Part shown: positions 38,640-53,870 of the stretch, piece after piece
How positions within the stretch are numbered: position 1 is the stretch's first letter
Layout: the number at the start of each line of letters is the position of its first letter
Assembly: GCA_021613535.1 (NCBI GenBank)
Contig: CP075496.1
Coordinates: forward strand, 8,928,001 to 8,992,000
Source: Adineta vaga
Lineage: Eukaryota; Animalia; Rotifera
Direction: 5' to 3'
DNA: 64,000 nt
Program-made: the position numbers and the translations under genes
The notes under the pieces: generated by a model
What the model was told of the DNA's origin: nothing
What the model saw: the letters and a program-made list of their open reading frames with translations, nothing else
The model's database searches: none

Positions 38640-40990
<2,351 letters not shown>

Positions 40991-41281
40991 TATTCTGATA
41001 GGCTAACAATGGATCATTTCACAATTTACTATAGTTGAGAAATAATTATAAATGAAAGATTGTGATAATATATCTATTTATCTGCTTCACATGTCATTAC
41101 AAATTTTTGTCGATGACTTCGTAATTGTATCTGTCTGTCGAAAACATACTGATGTAGATACCGTTATACCTTTTGAAACGCCTGCACGTTCTTTTATCAG
41201 TAATAATCAATGCGAGGTTAGCAATTTATTCTTAACTATGTGTGTCTACAATTCTCTCTTTTTAAAATTTTATTTATGTTT

Positions 41282-42865
41282 TTATTCTTGAACGACTTTA
41301 TTGTATAAGTCTCCCCAAGCATAGTCTGGATCCCATTTATTTTTCATTTGTTTATACCATTGCATATCGTAAATTGTTGACCATTGCTCTTGTGAATAAA
41401 AATTAAGTGCATAGAACATTTTTCTTCCTCCTAATTTTTTCGCTTCATTTTCTAATCTTTTCGTTGCATTTTTAGCACCAGAAGAACCTATTTGCCATCT
41501 ATATTGATGAGTCCATAAACCAAAATTAATAAATAGATGATCTTTATCAGCATAATGTGGACTCATTTTTTGTGGTGTTGAACTTGATTGAATTGGACAA
41601 AGCCATATAGGTTCGATGGTTTCATCCTTGCTCGTAAACATTTGTCCTGATTGTAGAAAAGATAAGAATTGTTTTGATTGAGACATTGGAATATAAATAT
41701 CTTGAATAAGTAATGTATCAGCAATGATGGAAATAGAAGATGCATGTAGACGTTCATAGAGTGCTGATGTTGTAAAAATTGGTGAAAGAATCGTTCTACT
41801 TATGATATTATATCCACCAAATGGAATTAAATTTAATAGTTTTTGAATCCAGAATGGAAAATGTTGAATTTGATCATTGAGTGGATTTAGAGGATAACGT
41901 CCCATCCAGAATGCTCCTCGATCATATCGAAATAGATAATCTTTCAATGGAATATATTCACAAATAATCGTTTGATTACTATTATCATGAAGTTGTTTCA
42001 CATGTTGATAATACCAAGGATCCCACGATCGTGAAAATCTTTGAATTCGTTCATTCTTTGGTATAGATATTTTGTCTATTCTTTGTCCTGTAATCACAAC
42101 AGAATAATTTGAGAAAACAATTGCATCTATATAATCTTCATGATAATGATCTTGAGCAAGAGAAGAGATAAATTCAATCGGTTCATTCGTCCAATGATAA
42201 TTACATTGAACAAAACAATTCGACGGTATATCTAATACATGTAATGTTGCACGAATCAATAATCCGAATGTTCCACATGAACCTAATGCTCCATAGAATA
42301 AATCGGAATCTTTCATTGAACTACAGGTGATTATCTGACCATTACTTAGAATATAAGTTGCTTCAATTAATGAATCAGCAAATTGTCCATAACGAAAACT
42401 TGAACTTTCCAAACCAGCACCAGCTAAAACTCCTCCAACGGTTAAAGATTTAAATTCTGGTACAACAGGTGGAACAAGATTGTATGGAAGTAATGCATCT
42501 ACTAATTCTTCCATTGTTACACCAGGTTCACAGGTAATCGTCTTTGCTGATCTATCAATTGACAGAATTTGATTTGCTGAACTGACATGTATAAAATGCA
42601 CCGATCTATTTATATTAGTAGTGTTATTCATAGTACGACGGATGGAATTAGATGGAGATTTACGTTCATATCGTTGAATTTTTATTTCACTACCATTTGG
42701 ACGTTCTTGAATTGATTGAGCAAGATATTTACCATTCAATAATTGTGTTTTTCGAAATCGTATCCTCATCAATCTCAATATATTGTGATAAAACCATTGG
42801 ATGTATATATTAATTGCCCATTTTATTGCTATAAGTATTTCATGAAGTTGAGAATGTTTTTCCAT
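41282..42865 (-). CDS. FAD-binding Delta(24)-sterol reductase-like oxidoreductase (DHCR24/DWF1 family, microbial-type), intronless
   Basis: CEPGVTMEELV, PPVVPEFKSLTVGG..AGAGLESSSFRYG, GSCGTFG, DYLFRYDRGAFWMG, IQDIYIP, PIWLCP, GGRKMFYA and DLYNKV. Confidence 0.88.
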   Translation of the reverse strand: MEKHSQLHEILIAIKWAINIYIQWFYHNILRLMRIRFRKTQLLNGKYLAQSIQERPNGSEIKIQRYERKSPSNSIRRTMNNTTNINRSVHFIHVSSANQILSIDRSAKTITCEPGVTMEELVDALLPYNLVPPVVPEFKSLTVGGVLAGAGLESSSFRYGQFADSLIEATYILSNGQIITCSSMKDSDLFYGALGSCGTFGLLIRATLHVLDIPSNCFVQCNYHWTNEPIEFISSLAQDHYHEDYIDAIVFSNYSVVITGQRIDKISIPKNERIQRFSRSWDPWYYQHVKQLHDNSNQTIICEYIPLKDYLFRYDRGAFWMGRYPLNPLNDQIQHFPFWIQKLLNLIPFGGYNIISRTILSPIFTTSALYERLHASSISIIADTLLIQDIYIPMSQSKQFLSFLQSGQMFTSKDETIEPIWLCPIQSSSTPQKMSPHYADKDHLFINFGLWTHQYRWQIGSSGAKNATKRLENEAKKLGGRKMFYALNFYSQEQWSTIYDMQWYKQMKNKWDPDYAWGDLYNKVVQE

Positions 42866-43520
42866 GTTTTCAAGAAAAATAATAATAATTATGAAAAAGG
42901 AAAATCTCCTGTTTTTCTTTATTTATACAAAAATTTGTCTATCATCAACAATATTGTATTGCGTTTGTCATTTTTTTTTCGTTCGTTCTTGCTCACGTTA
43001 TATACTACAGATCGGCATACAGTAACACAGAACAGATACAAAAAAATACTTGGTTATATACGTAAGCCACTCTTATGAAGAAGTACAGATCGTCTAAAAA
43101 TTTAATTAACAATTGAAATTTTTTGGTTTTTGTCAAAATGAGTATAAACAATACACGATTTAATTGTAGTGGTATGACAATTGAAGGTTAAGGTTATTCT
43201 GCAATGAAAGTTTCAAAATCATAGAAACTGTTACAAAAAAAATCTTTTTCTCTTTCACAATAACTTGCTGTAGGCCAATAACACATCTATTCTCGACGAC
43301 TATTGTATAGAAGTTAAATTTTCTTTTGCGTTCTTTCTTTGGTGACATGATGCATATAAAAAGTATGGGTAAATAGAAACGAAGCACACTATTTCTTCTT
43401 ATCAATGCACATGTAAAAGTAGTTTTTTTTTGTTAATAAATATATGATTATTGTATTATAATTAAATAGGATCCACTATCTGTTATTTACTTCGATAAGA
43501 TAAAAATTGAATTTTGTTCA

Positions 43521-44489
43521 ATGAAAGTATCGTTATTAATCGTTATTATTCATGTACTTCTTTTCTCGGTCGTTATTGAAAGTCGATCGTTACTAAAAAG
43601 CCATGAAAATCCATCTGATGTCAAACATTTTGAATCTCAACTCGATGATACGATTGGTTTTTGGTCACCAAGCACCAGTTCAATTGATTGGTGTGAACGA
43701 AATTATGTTGTTACGTATTATATAGCTGAATTTTGGAATTGTATATCTAGTTTATTGATGTGTTTATTCTCAATGATTTTAATTGTTCAAGGTTTATATT
43801 ATAAAATCGAACGTCGATTTCTTTGGCTTAGTTTCTCTTTTGGATTAGTTGGCTTTGGTTCAGCTTACTTTCATGGTACATTAACACTTTTTGGTCAAAT
43901 GACAGATGAACTTCCAATGGTTTATTCGATGATTGTTTGGTGGTTTATTTTATTTCGAACGAATAAGTATCAATTAGAGTCAAATCAACGAATATCTCCT
44001 TTAGATATATTTATTCTCTTTGGATTTGTCTACGGACTTTTATGCAGTTATATACATAGTTTAAAAACATTTGTATTAGTTTTTCAAATTCATTTTACCT
44101 TGATGATTGTTGGAGGAATTATTAAGTTAATATTTCTATATCGACAAACACAACATCATACGAAGAATATTAAATATTTAATAATATGGTATGTTGGTTT
44201 ATTGATACCAGCTGTGATATGTTGGATTGTTGATCAACAACTTTGTGAATATTTCAATAGTAAAAATGGATTTAATCCACAATTACATGCATGGTGGCAT
44301 GTTTTTTGTGCTATTGATGCTCATGTAGGAGTTGTATGTAGTGAAGCTTTACGTCTTCTATCTATTCGATATAACGAATATCAAGGAAATAAGAAATTAT
44401 TCAAACCAAAAGATCATTTAAATATTATATTTCATTTTGGATTACCTTTCGTAGATTATTCTAAGTATCAAAGAAATAAAACTAATTAG
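43521..44489 (+). CDS. Alkaline ceramidase (ACER3/YPC1-like, CREST family), intronless
   Basis: GFWSPSTSSIDWCERNY..IAEFWN, GSAYFHGTL, DELPM and QLHAWWH zinc-binding motifs. Confidence 0.93.
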   Translation: MKVSLLIVIIHVLLFSVVIESRSLLKSHENPSDVKHFESQLDDTIGFWSPSTSSIDWCERNYVVTYYIAEFWNCISSLLMCLFSMILIVQGLYYKIERRFLWLSFSFGLVGFGSAYFHGTLTLFGQMTDELPMVYSMIVWWFILFRTNKYQLESNQRISPLDIFILFGFVYGLLCSYIHSLKTFVLVFQIHFTLMIVGGIIKLIFLYRQTQHHTKNIKYLIIWYVGLLIPAVICWIVDQQLCEYFNSKNGFNPQLHAWWHVFCAIDAHVGVVCSEALRLLSIRYNEYQGNKKLFKPKDHLNIIFHFGLPFVDYSKYQRNKTN

Positions 44490-44618
44490 GAAATTTCTTT
44501 TTTTATAATTTGAATGCCGCTTTTTTTATTCAAATATCTAGACAAGACAGAAAAAGATTAAATGGAGGAAACATTTTTTTTTGTTTTTTTTATGAATAAA
44601 CATATATAGTTATCTGTC

Positions 44619-45569
44619 TCATGTACCTGTTTGTAAGAATGGATGTATTTGTTGAGTATAACCAAAGTATCTCTTCAAAGGGAGAATATATTGTTGAAAT
44701 TCACAATGTATTCCAGGTAAAGAACTAATGATAATAAATGGTAAGAATTGATTGATAAAATTTGCAATAAAATAAAAATAATTTATTTGTATATCAATAG
44801 CAAATGTAGATTGCCATAGTGCTTGAATAATTCCAAGAATAATTTCGGGTGACATAAGAAATATATAGAGTAATGAAATAAATGTCAATTGAAGAATCAT
44901 TCGTCGTTGTCGACGCCATTGAACTTGTTGTCGACGTCGAATTTTTTGCCAAATAAAACGATAAACAAGCAAAACATTTGATAAGAGAAGAATTATGATC
45001 GGTGTTGCATAATGAAATAACCAATCAAAAGTACCCCAAAAGGGTATATAAGCAAAACATCCACCGCCACAAAATAACAATGTATAATCCCAAACATTTT
45101 CACACATTGTCGGCAAAATAATGACGAAAAGATAGAAGAGCATAGAATACAATAAGCAGATAATCATAGGTATATAATGAAATAGAATCAAATAAGTTTG
45201 TTTTTTCATCAATTGACTATGGAAAACAAACAAATGTCGTTCAATACTACACCACATAACTAAATGTAAGCTAACAGTGAGTAAAGAATAATCTATCCAA
45301 CCCCAGAACAAACAAAATGAATTGTTCTTTAATAAAACAACACCCCAACGAAGAAGATATAATGACATTGGTAAATCAGTAGTTTTCTGTATAAAACTAA
45401 CTAGAAGTAAACATTGGATAAAATGATTCTGTGTTGAACTTAGAATTTCTTTTCGCCATCGACGAATAATATAGGCAAAAACGAATAGATCACAAATTAA
45501 TGATGGAACAATCGTAATTTGTAAAAGCGTATATTTGATTATGTGAATCTGTTCCACAGGATCACTCAT
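44619..45569 (-). CDS. Rhodopsin-like 7TM GPCR (orphan, intronless)
   Basis: 7 TM segments; WCSIERH; WRRQRRMILQL; same subfamily as 23251-24213. Confidence 0.88.
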   Translation of the reverse strand: MSDPVEQIHIIKYTLLQITIVPSLICDLFVFAYIIRRWRKEILSSTQNHFIQCLLLVSFIQKTTDLPMSLYLLRWGVVLLKNNSFCLFWGWIDYSLLTVSLHLVMWCSIERHLFVFHSQLMKKQTYLILFHYIPMIICLLYSMLFYLFVIILPTMCENVWDYTLLFCGGGCFAYIPFWGTFDWLFHYATPIIILLLSNVLLVYRFIWQKIRRRQQVQWRRQRRMILQLTFISLLYIFLMSPEIILGIIQALWQSTFAIDIQINYFYFIANFINQFLPFIIISSLPGIHCEFQQYILPLKRYFGYTQQIHPFLQTGT

Positions 45570-46020
45570 AATAGAAACAATCTAAATAGATGAATTCGCT
45601 TTATTTTAAAGTTACACATTCTTAAGACTGTTTTAGACATTTGAAACATGTATGAATATAAGCTAAAAAAGAGTAAAAATATTCACATAATATTAATCGT
45701 ATGTGTATATAGGTAAGCTTGCAGAAGACGTTTAAATTAACTGTCAACGACAGAATAAGGGAATACTAGTTTTTATAAAAGAAAAAATCTGTTTTTTTTT
45801 CTCTCAAAAAAAGTCATGATAACCAAGAAACATACATTATGATGAATTTTTTTCAATTTTCTTCTGGAAAACATTTCCATCGTTAACTAGTATGGTATAA
45901 TGAAAACCTATGAAGATTTATTCATCTAATCATATAAAACAGCTAAATCAGTTTCATTTGAGAAATCTTCTCAATCTTTTATTTCATCTTATGCGAAATT
46001 ATAATATCTATTTTTTCTAT

Positions 46021-46674
46021 TCAACAACCGAGCGTTTTTTTTGCTCTTGCCCAATACTTTTCTCTATCAACTTGTCCCACTGATCCACCATTGATTCTTC
46101 GAGTAATACTTCGAAACGAAGCAAGCGTGTTCGGATCAGCAAGTACATTTAATTTACGTGTTGTCCAAAACCATACACTTGTTCGAAATCCGACTTCTGG
46201 TGTTTTTACTTGTTCTGGATGATTGATCAGATCTAAGTGTAATGCTTTTCCAGCTGCTTTATAATTAGCTCGACCTGTCAATTGAATTGGACCACGACCT
46301 TTAAATCGTTTTCCATCACCTTTTTCCGTATTACCCAAATCTTTTCGTCCTTCATATGCAGCACCCGATGCTAATTCTTCCATATAAACTAATTCACCAC
46401 TTTCATGAGCGATTTGTGCAAGAAAAGCTGCTTTTCGAGCACACGTATTGATTGAACCTTCTCTCATTGCATTATTGATATGTCTCAGGTACTCTGGATG
46501 TTTGCATCGTGGCATAATAGCTTTTAATTGACTTGCAGTAATACCTAAGAGAAGTTCAACATTATTATACGATGTTACGTTGTAAACAAAACTATTCTTA
46601 CTTGCATCACCAGTCGATGGTGCAAACAGTGCTACGAAGCACACCAGGAACAGCACGTAACTGGCAGACAACAT
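46021..46674 (-). CDS. Secreted glycoside hydrolase family 19 (bacterial/phage-type chitinase/endolysin)
   Basis: Signal peptide from MLSASYVLF; AAFLAQIAHESGEL, YEGRKDLGN..GDGKRFKGRGPIQLTGRANY, WFW and ITRRINGG. Confidence 0.93.
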   Translation of the reverse strand: MLSASYVLFLVCFVALFAPSTGDASKNSFVYNVTSYNNVELLLGITASQLKAIMPRCKHPEYLRHINNAMREGSINTCARKAAFLAQIAHESGELVYMEELASGAAYEGRKDLGNTEKGDGKRFKGRGPIQLTGRANYKAAGKALHLDLINHPEQVKTPEVGFRTSVWFWTTRKLNVLADPNTLASFRSITRRINGGSVGQVDREKYWARAKKTLGC

Positions 46675-46989
46675 AGATCGTATAGAAATGAAAGTATAAT
46701 ATAAGAAAGAGATAAAACAATGTTGATCAATGAATGCCACAGAGATTTTATTACAACTGTTACCTTTCACATATCAAAGTTGAATAGGATGGCATTTTCT
46801 GATAAAGTGCAACACACAGTTCTAGGCGAAGATTGCTATAAATAAATAAACGACGCACTTTTCTCATTCCAATTGTTTCAACTGATCGTATGTTTTACCT
46901 TCGTGATCTATGTATAGATGAAAAATCTAAATTTTATTTTGTAATTGACGCAGTATTTATTTGTATGTTATAGACAAAAAAGAAAAAAA

Positions 46990-47999
46990 ACGAAATCCAT
47001 GATATTATTAACCGATCAAACCATTGAACAACATAGACACTGAAATAAAATCGTGAAGTATTTTGTTCAATATATTCCATATAATAAAGTTCTGATCCTC
47101 GTGTTTGAAATTGAACATTCTGACCTGAATCAGGTCCTGGATTGGATTATGTTGTCGATGTAAATACTTCAATGTTACCTGGATGAACATTCGCAATAAT
47201 TTCAATGAATCCTCCTTGATTATTTCTGTTTTTTTTGTAGTGATTCATCTGTATCGACTTGATAGTATTGGAAACTGTTAGTGGATGCTGACGTTTCAAC
47301 TTTAACATTGCGTAAAACGAAACCTGGTATTCCACATGTGTGAATAGTAATAATATTCATGGCAGCAATAAGATCAATATAATTATTTACATGCATAACA
47401 TGTCTTTTCTCACTAGCAATAAGATGAAGTTCAGCATTGTGGATACCCTTACCAACGCCGATAGCAAATATACTTGCTTTATTTTTAGAGAAAAAAATAT
47501 CCGCTTCCGGACGAAATTTCGTACCACAGTTACTGTATCCATCAGCTAGAACCAATGCTACTCTAGATGTACCCTCTTTGAGACTTCGACAGTTTTTATC
47601 ATAAAGATGTCTTGCTACTTGTAATGCATCGCCAGTAGCAGTACAGTCACCATTCATGTAAAGGATGGTCTTGATTCGTTGTATTAATTTTGTTTTCGTA
47701 AATTCAGATATAGGTGTATTATGACAAGAAATCGATGTTTCAACCACTTGTCCATAAGTAATTACACACACTTGTGCTTTTTTTGGTCCAATATCCAACA
47801 TTGAAACGAGATTGACAAGAGCATTTTTTGCTTCTTCCAATGCATTTACTCCAATACTACCCGAAGAATCCAAAACAACAAAGAGATCTATAATCGTATC
47901 GCAATTGCTTTCAGAAGGTGTTCGCAATCCCTCTAAAAGCCACACGGCTGCTAAAGCCGATAATATGGTGAAAATCGACAGAAAAAGAAAAAGACGCAT
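46990..47999 (-). pseudogene. Secreted von Willebrand factor A domain protein, C-terminal domain disrupted
   Basis: Signal peptide, MIDAS VLDSSGS, TATGDAL and LADG. Frameshift in the T-run at about 47229-47237 and an in-frame TAA at 47147-47149 inside a continuing frame (VFTSTT*SNPGP). Confidence 0.75.
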
Positions 48000-48251
48000 G
48001 GTTTAAAGGTAATTGAGGATCGATGCCCACCTTTTATAGGACTACACATATACGCCTCAACTATATCCTTATCAACAAGAATGACTCTATGTTTCTATTT
48101 GATATCTATATTAGCAAAAGATAAAGACATTTATTTTGTTCAATTTCATATAAAGAACAGAAGTATTGTTATAGAATTGAAAGTGAAGTTAAGACGTGAG
48201 TGAGAATTTCATATAAAGTATTCACGTCTTCACTGCCACCCAAATTCTTTT

Positions 48252-49720
48252 TCATTTACACTTTTTATAAGCAAGATACCCCAAAACAGGAAATAATACC
48301 ACTACTACTACACCAATGACGATGAGTGCAATGTGCCACGGCTGTAAATCTAAAAGAAAAGAGAAATTATCACACTATACTATCTCCATAAATATTTTCT
48401 TGAAGCAAAGGCAATAATTATCTCTAATTAATTGGTACGTACTGAGCAGCATGGTTAGAACTTATTATTAAATTTGTGAAATAAAAGAGCAATCTTAAGT
48501 TTAATAATCTCAATAGAAACTGCCTGAGTAGGTGATAAGAGTATTTCTTTACACTACTAATACATTCAAATCACTTAAATCTAAGAAAAATAAACATATA
48601 TTATAAGATGTAAACTTATATGATGCTATCTGATGAGAGAGGAATAAGTAATGTCTCACTAACTAAAAATACCATTATCTGATATATCTGGTTGATGGCA
48701 ATTCGATGTTATGCTAGTCTCATCAGGTGAAGACTGTGTTGTTGAGAAAATAGTAGTAGAAGATAATGATGATCTTGTAGCAGTAGCGGTAGATGTAGAT
48801 ATCTCTTGAGATGTAGAGCTATATATACTTGGTGTAGTTGTAGTTGTTGATAATGTTTCTGTTGTCATCGTTGTTGTTGTTTTGGTGGTGGTGTTGGTAG
48901 TATCATTTCTAATAAAGTCAAATGCAGCTAAATTATATCGATCAAGAATGAGTTTGCCACGATTTCTTGTTTCTTGGCTATTGCACAAATCCACATTACA
49001 TATTAAAGTCATCTTATTGTCGTTAATATGCTCAGTAATCGGATTTTCTGGTTCATATTTTAAAAAAAATGTCGTCAAACTTGTTAATTCTACTGATGTT
49101 AAAACACTCAATTCTCCAGGATAGTCACAAGTATGATGAGACCATGTTACCGTTTCTTGAGTTATACTTTCACAAAAACCACCATAGCATGGCATTTCAT
49201 CAACTGTTCCGTTCATACAAGTAATTGTTCTATTATCTATTGAGTTTATCAGATAGAGTGGCAAAAGTTCATAAAGAATCAGTTCACTATCAATTAATTG
49301 TTGTACAACAATGGATACATAGCTGTCTGCACAGTAATCGTCTGTAAGACAGGTGAAAATAACTGTATTCGTAAAAAGATTCCGATAGAAAGTTAAATAC
49401 AATGCTTCATCCACTAAATAATCATAATCAACCAAAAACATATCGAAATCATCTTCTTTGTAAGCAGAAAACGAGACGGTATAAGTCTGTCGTGTATAAT
49501 TAACATCGATTTCCACTCTACAGCCATAGAAAGAAGATATACTTCCACAATTAGATGGTAATGAAAATAATTGTTTAAATGATATAGATGACATCTTGCA
49601 ATTATTTCGACATAAACGAGTAGTATTCGCATGTGTTATATTCTCTGCATTTCCATCGGCTAAATTCTGTAGAAATATGCATAACGTCAAAATAGTACAT
49701 ACTAGTCGTTCATTTATCAT
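48252..49720 (-). CDS. Type I membrane glycoprotein: Cys-rich (LU-like) ectodomain, Thr/Ser stalk, TM exon
   Basis: Signal peptide, CLTDDYC and CNVDLCN motifs, poly-Thr stalk; last exon about 48252-48349 encodes WHIALIVIGVVVVVLFPVLGYLAYKKCK. Confidence 0.75.
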
Positions 49721-50442
49721 TGATGCAAAGTTTTATGTATAATTTTTTGTCGTAGTTCACTGATAGTAATTATTCTGTTTTCTTGCGACACGTTTGTCAA
49801 AAGTATCGTCAACAATCGTTTTTGTTCTTATCTAAGTTAAATATTGATTTCGTCTTGCTGTAAGCCTCTTATATATACTTTCTCTTCAAAGATTGACGAG
49901 AGAACAAGATAAAATATTCTCGTATTTTTTTCAATAGAAAACTGTCGGTATTTTACTGTTATTTCTCAAGAATTATTCATGTAGTTTTCTTTCGGCGAAA
50001 TTCTGAATGATATTTTATCAAAGTTTTCTTTTTTTTGTAATCTCATTGAAATTATTGCACCATACTGGTATGTATCATATTACTATTTGTTTTCATCAAG
50101 CTATAACATATATTCATATGGTACTAAGACAAAAACTATGGAAAAAAAACTCAGGAACAAGAAACCAAATAAATGAACAGATGACAAAAGTGTTTCAAAA
50201 GAGAATTGAAAATGATCTGTATTTTCTTTGTTGCTGTTGAGAACTCTAATTTATAAGATGAGTTATAGGAATGAGTATGGATATTCAGAGAATAAACACT
50301 CATACCTCACATCCGTATCCCATTCTCAAGATATAAGACGATAATTACAAATACACATTTTATTATATGAATATTTTCGAAGAACTTTCACACAAATTCA
50401 CATAATAAAACTAATATTATTTTATCGATAAATAACACACTT

Positions 50443-51471
50443 TTAGTTGTTGCTGCTTGATGTGTCATTCAATAGTATATTATTTATATACTTACTAACC
50501 ATTGGAGTTGTCAAAGATATTTCATATAATTCAGCACCGTTCAAAGCACTATTACTATATCCACCATTCACTAATACTTTACCATCCATTAATACAGATG
50601 CGGTATGGTAATATCTAGCATGGCTCATACGACCCGTTTTTAGCCAAGTTTGTGTTGTCGGGTTATACAGTTCTGCACTATCGAGAGCACGATCATTATA
50701 TCCGCCAACAACTAATACTTGTCCATTCTTTAATACAGACGTGGTATGCTCCCATCGTTCATCAACCATATTACCGACTGTTATCCATCTTTCTTTCAAT
50801 GGATCATATAATTCAGTACTATTCAATGTACCATTATCATTTGATCCACCTGCAACTAATACCGTCCCGTCAATCAGTACCGATGCTGTATGTCTGTATC
50901 GTGGCTGATTCATAGAAGTAATATTATTCCATTCTACACGAAAATATATGAATGCATGAGCATTTCGAGAAAGAAAGATTGATTTGACACTTAAATGATG
51001 AAATAGACCACAGTTTTAACTGAAAGAAAAACAGTTAGTATAATGTGTTACGTTGAGCTCAATGCTTTTCTGATAGGAAATGTAAGTTTTGATTGATAGC
51101 TAGATTTTCTATATTTGATTTTCGTGTAAGGCTCACAAATTTTGCAGGGTATTATTGTAAAACTTACCATACTGGTGAGTTATGTTCATAGATGTTGTCT
51201 GTAATGGCAGTGTTGATGACAGTGCTGCTATAGTTATTGTTGTTGTTGACCATGTCGGTTTTGTCGTTTGTGACATTAAGATAGTAGTGTTAATATCTTT
51301 TGAGTTCTTTGACGGCAAAATAACGAATCTTAAGATCAAAGAAAATGCAACAGTACAAATTGCTATAATAATAAGAAAGCTGAGAGCGATCTTTAACCAA
51401 CGACGATGCCACCATCTACGTGATCGATTATTTCCATTGGCATATTCGCTGTAAACTTGATTATTATGCAT
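50443..51471 (-). CDS. Type II membrane Kelch-repeat protein (three repeats)
   Basis: TM and Thr-rich stalk exon spliced (intron 50934-51167) to RYRHTASVLIDGTVLVAGG..ELYDP-type repeats. Confidence 0.85.
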
Positions 51472-52994
51472 ACTATATGTCTAAGCAAAGTTTCATATGA
51501 AAAAGGAATAGCTTATTTTTGTCAGTGAGTCTACTACTATGAGAGAACTAGCAAAAGATAAGCGATACCATATCTATACAAGAGAAAATCTCACAAACAA
51601 ATGTGGTGTCTTCATTTCATTTCAATTCGTAGATTTTATGCATTTAAAATCTCTATACTCTTAACATAGAGAATGAAAATTGCTACTTGATGACCATTAT
51701 AATATTTATTTGTATTCAAAAAAAAGTGGAACTAAACACAATTTTGTTTTATATGTTGATCTGCATATGATATTCACAATAAAGTCAATGTCAGCATTCA
51801 TGAAACGAAAATAATGCAATGTAATATTAAATTATCATTCTTACTGTAAGACCAGTGAAAAAAAGTAACCTTTTCCCGATCTCTTCGAAATATCGACATG
51901 ATCACTAATTGACTATTTCTGTTTGAGATTTTGATCATCAGTTTTCGAACATCCATGATAATACACTTCTATGATGTGTCCCCATAGTTTTTTTTCATCA
52001 TTGAATAATTCAGCAATGATAATGATATGCTTTTCCACTATCATTAAAAGTTTTACATCTGATTACGAACAGACGATAGTATTGTTGCAAAAGTATTATA
52101 ACCAGCTATCATTTAGCTGCTCATATGTTTCAGGAAGCTGAATGATGTACTGTGATATACTTTTATTTGAAAAATCCGTACGAATTTTATCGATGCATTT
52201 GTCGTAACTATTAAAATACATTACCAAAAATCCATACGAGAACATAGAAAAGAGAATATGATTCTGCTGTAGTATGAAATTTTTTATATCTCGTTGTTCT
52301 TGACGTTATTTAACTAATGCCCATAAAAAATAAATATTATCCAAAGTACAACACGAATATCTTCCTAATCGACAAAACAGTAATATTCTGTAGTATTATA
52401 AATAATACCATGCTAAAAAATAGAATTGGATAGAAAAGAATATTAACGAAAAGTAATTTAATCGAAGTTATAAATATATTATCAACCTCAAATATAATTA
52501 AATTGAGAAGAAATCTATAGTATTTATAGTATTCATCTGAAGGGATTGTTTTGCAAATAATTTTCAACTTTTTCTTATAGATAGGGAGTGAGAACGAAAG
52601 TATTACCAAAAAAATTGATTTCCTACACGTCCGTATAAATGTAAATTTCTTATCTTACTATCAACATTATACAGTTTTTTATGCAGAAAATCATATTCTA
52701 ACAGTACAAAATTGTATAGAGCAATACTATTAACAAGCTATAGATAAGAATCAGAATTAAAAAAACATTAAGAGATAATATAATAGATTCAATATCATCA
52801 AAGACTTCATGTTCAATGCATGAGATAAGTTAGAAGGAGTATATATGAATACCTTGATTCAATGAAGTCATACTCTGATAATGCGACATCTTTTGTCTAA
52901 CATTCTTATTTGTTTTGTTTTGTTGAAACTATTTAAAAATAATCGTGAGTGACAGTTACAATTTGATTAAAGTTAATTTTCAAGTTCAATAAAG

Positions 52995-53258
52995 ATGAAT
53001 AATTTTCAACAAACCAACCTCAATAATCATCAACAGCAATTTCAAAAATTCAAAGATTTTCTTCATCAAACTAGTTTTACCAGCAATATTCCATACGCTA
53101 CAAACTATAGTTCTCTTACAGCCGGTGACAAAAGGAAATTTCTCGATGAAATAAAGGCTATTTTTGGTCATATATTGAATATTCCACCTGATGATGTACC
53201 TGCATTCTGTCGATATCTGGACATGCAAACTAATACTAGTGAAGATCTGGAAAACTGA
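52995..53258 (+). CDS. Hypothetical 87-aa protein
   Basis: ATG-initiated ORF with protein-like composition, downstream AATAAA; no family recognised. Confidence 0.35.
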   Translation: MNNFQQTNLNNHQQQFQKFKDFLHQTSFTSNIPYATNYSSLTAGDKRKFLDEIKAIFGHILNIPPDDVPAFCRYLDMQTNTSEDLEN

Positions 53259-53870
53259 TCTTAATAAATACAGATGGATCTTGTCTCGTCTTTTTTATTG
53301 TCTATTGTACATTTGTAATGAAACATTAATTATGTTTTGAAAATAGGATAAAAACTTTTTGTTATAGGTTTTTTCTTTTCAATAAATATGTGCAGTGATG
53401 ACATGAATTTTCTCTTTGTTATACATATCAAAAGTTATATGTAGTAAATTCAAACAGATATCCTACCTATTTTTAGTTCAATCCACTTGTTGAAAACGAA
53501 CCAAAACACAAAAAGAATCTTTAAAAGAGTTTATATTGACATTTAAGATTTTGCCTTCAACTTTTCTTGCGAATTTCCTACTATCAGGAAGTACTTTATT
53601 TGTTGATGATTTTTGGATATGTTTGATAAAATATTAAGCATATAGACATCAGAATTATTCTATTGACGTACAGTGATCATTATTTCAATGATTCTCGAAA
53701 AATTTAACGTGTACAAACATGTTTTAATTTCAATTTCATTGTTTTGATATTATTTCTTCTACTATTTTTCCTCTTCTGATGTCATTTTACATGTGACATC
53801 TAAAGGTTTGTAAAGAAAAAAACGAATAGAATTATATCTTATCGTCGTAAACAACGATACGAACGATAAA

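Noticed and set aside
51880-52330. Protein-like minus-strand fragments and a short imperfect inverted match (about 52254 versus 52690)
   Set aside because: Broken by stops with no recognisable family; the inverted match is short and plausible by chance in AT-rich DNA.
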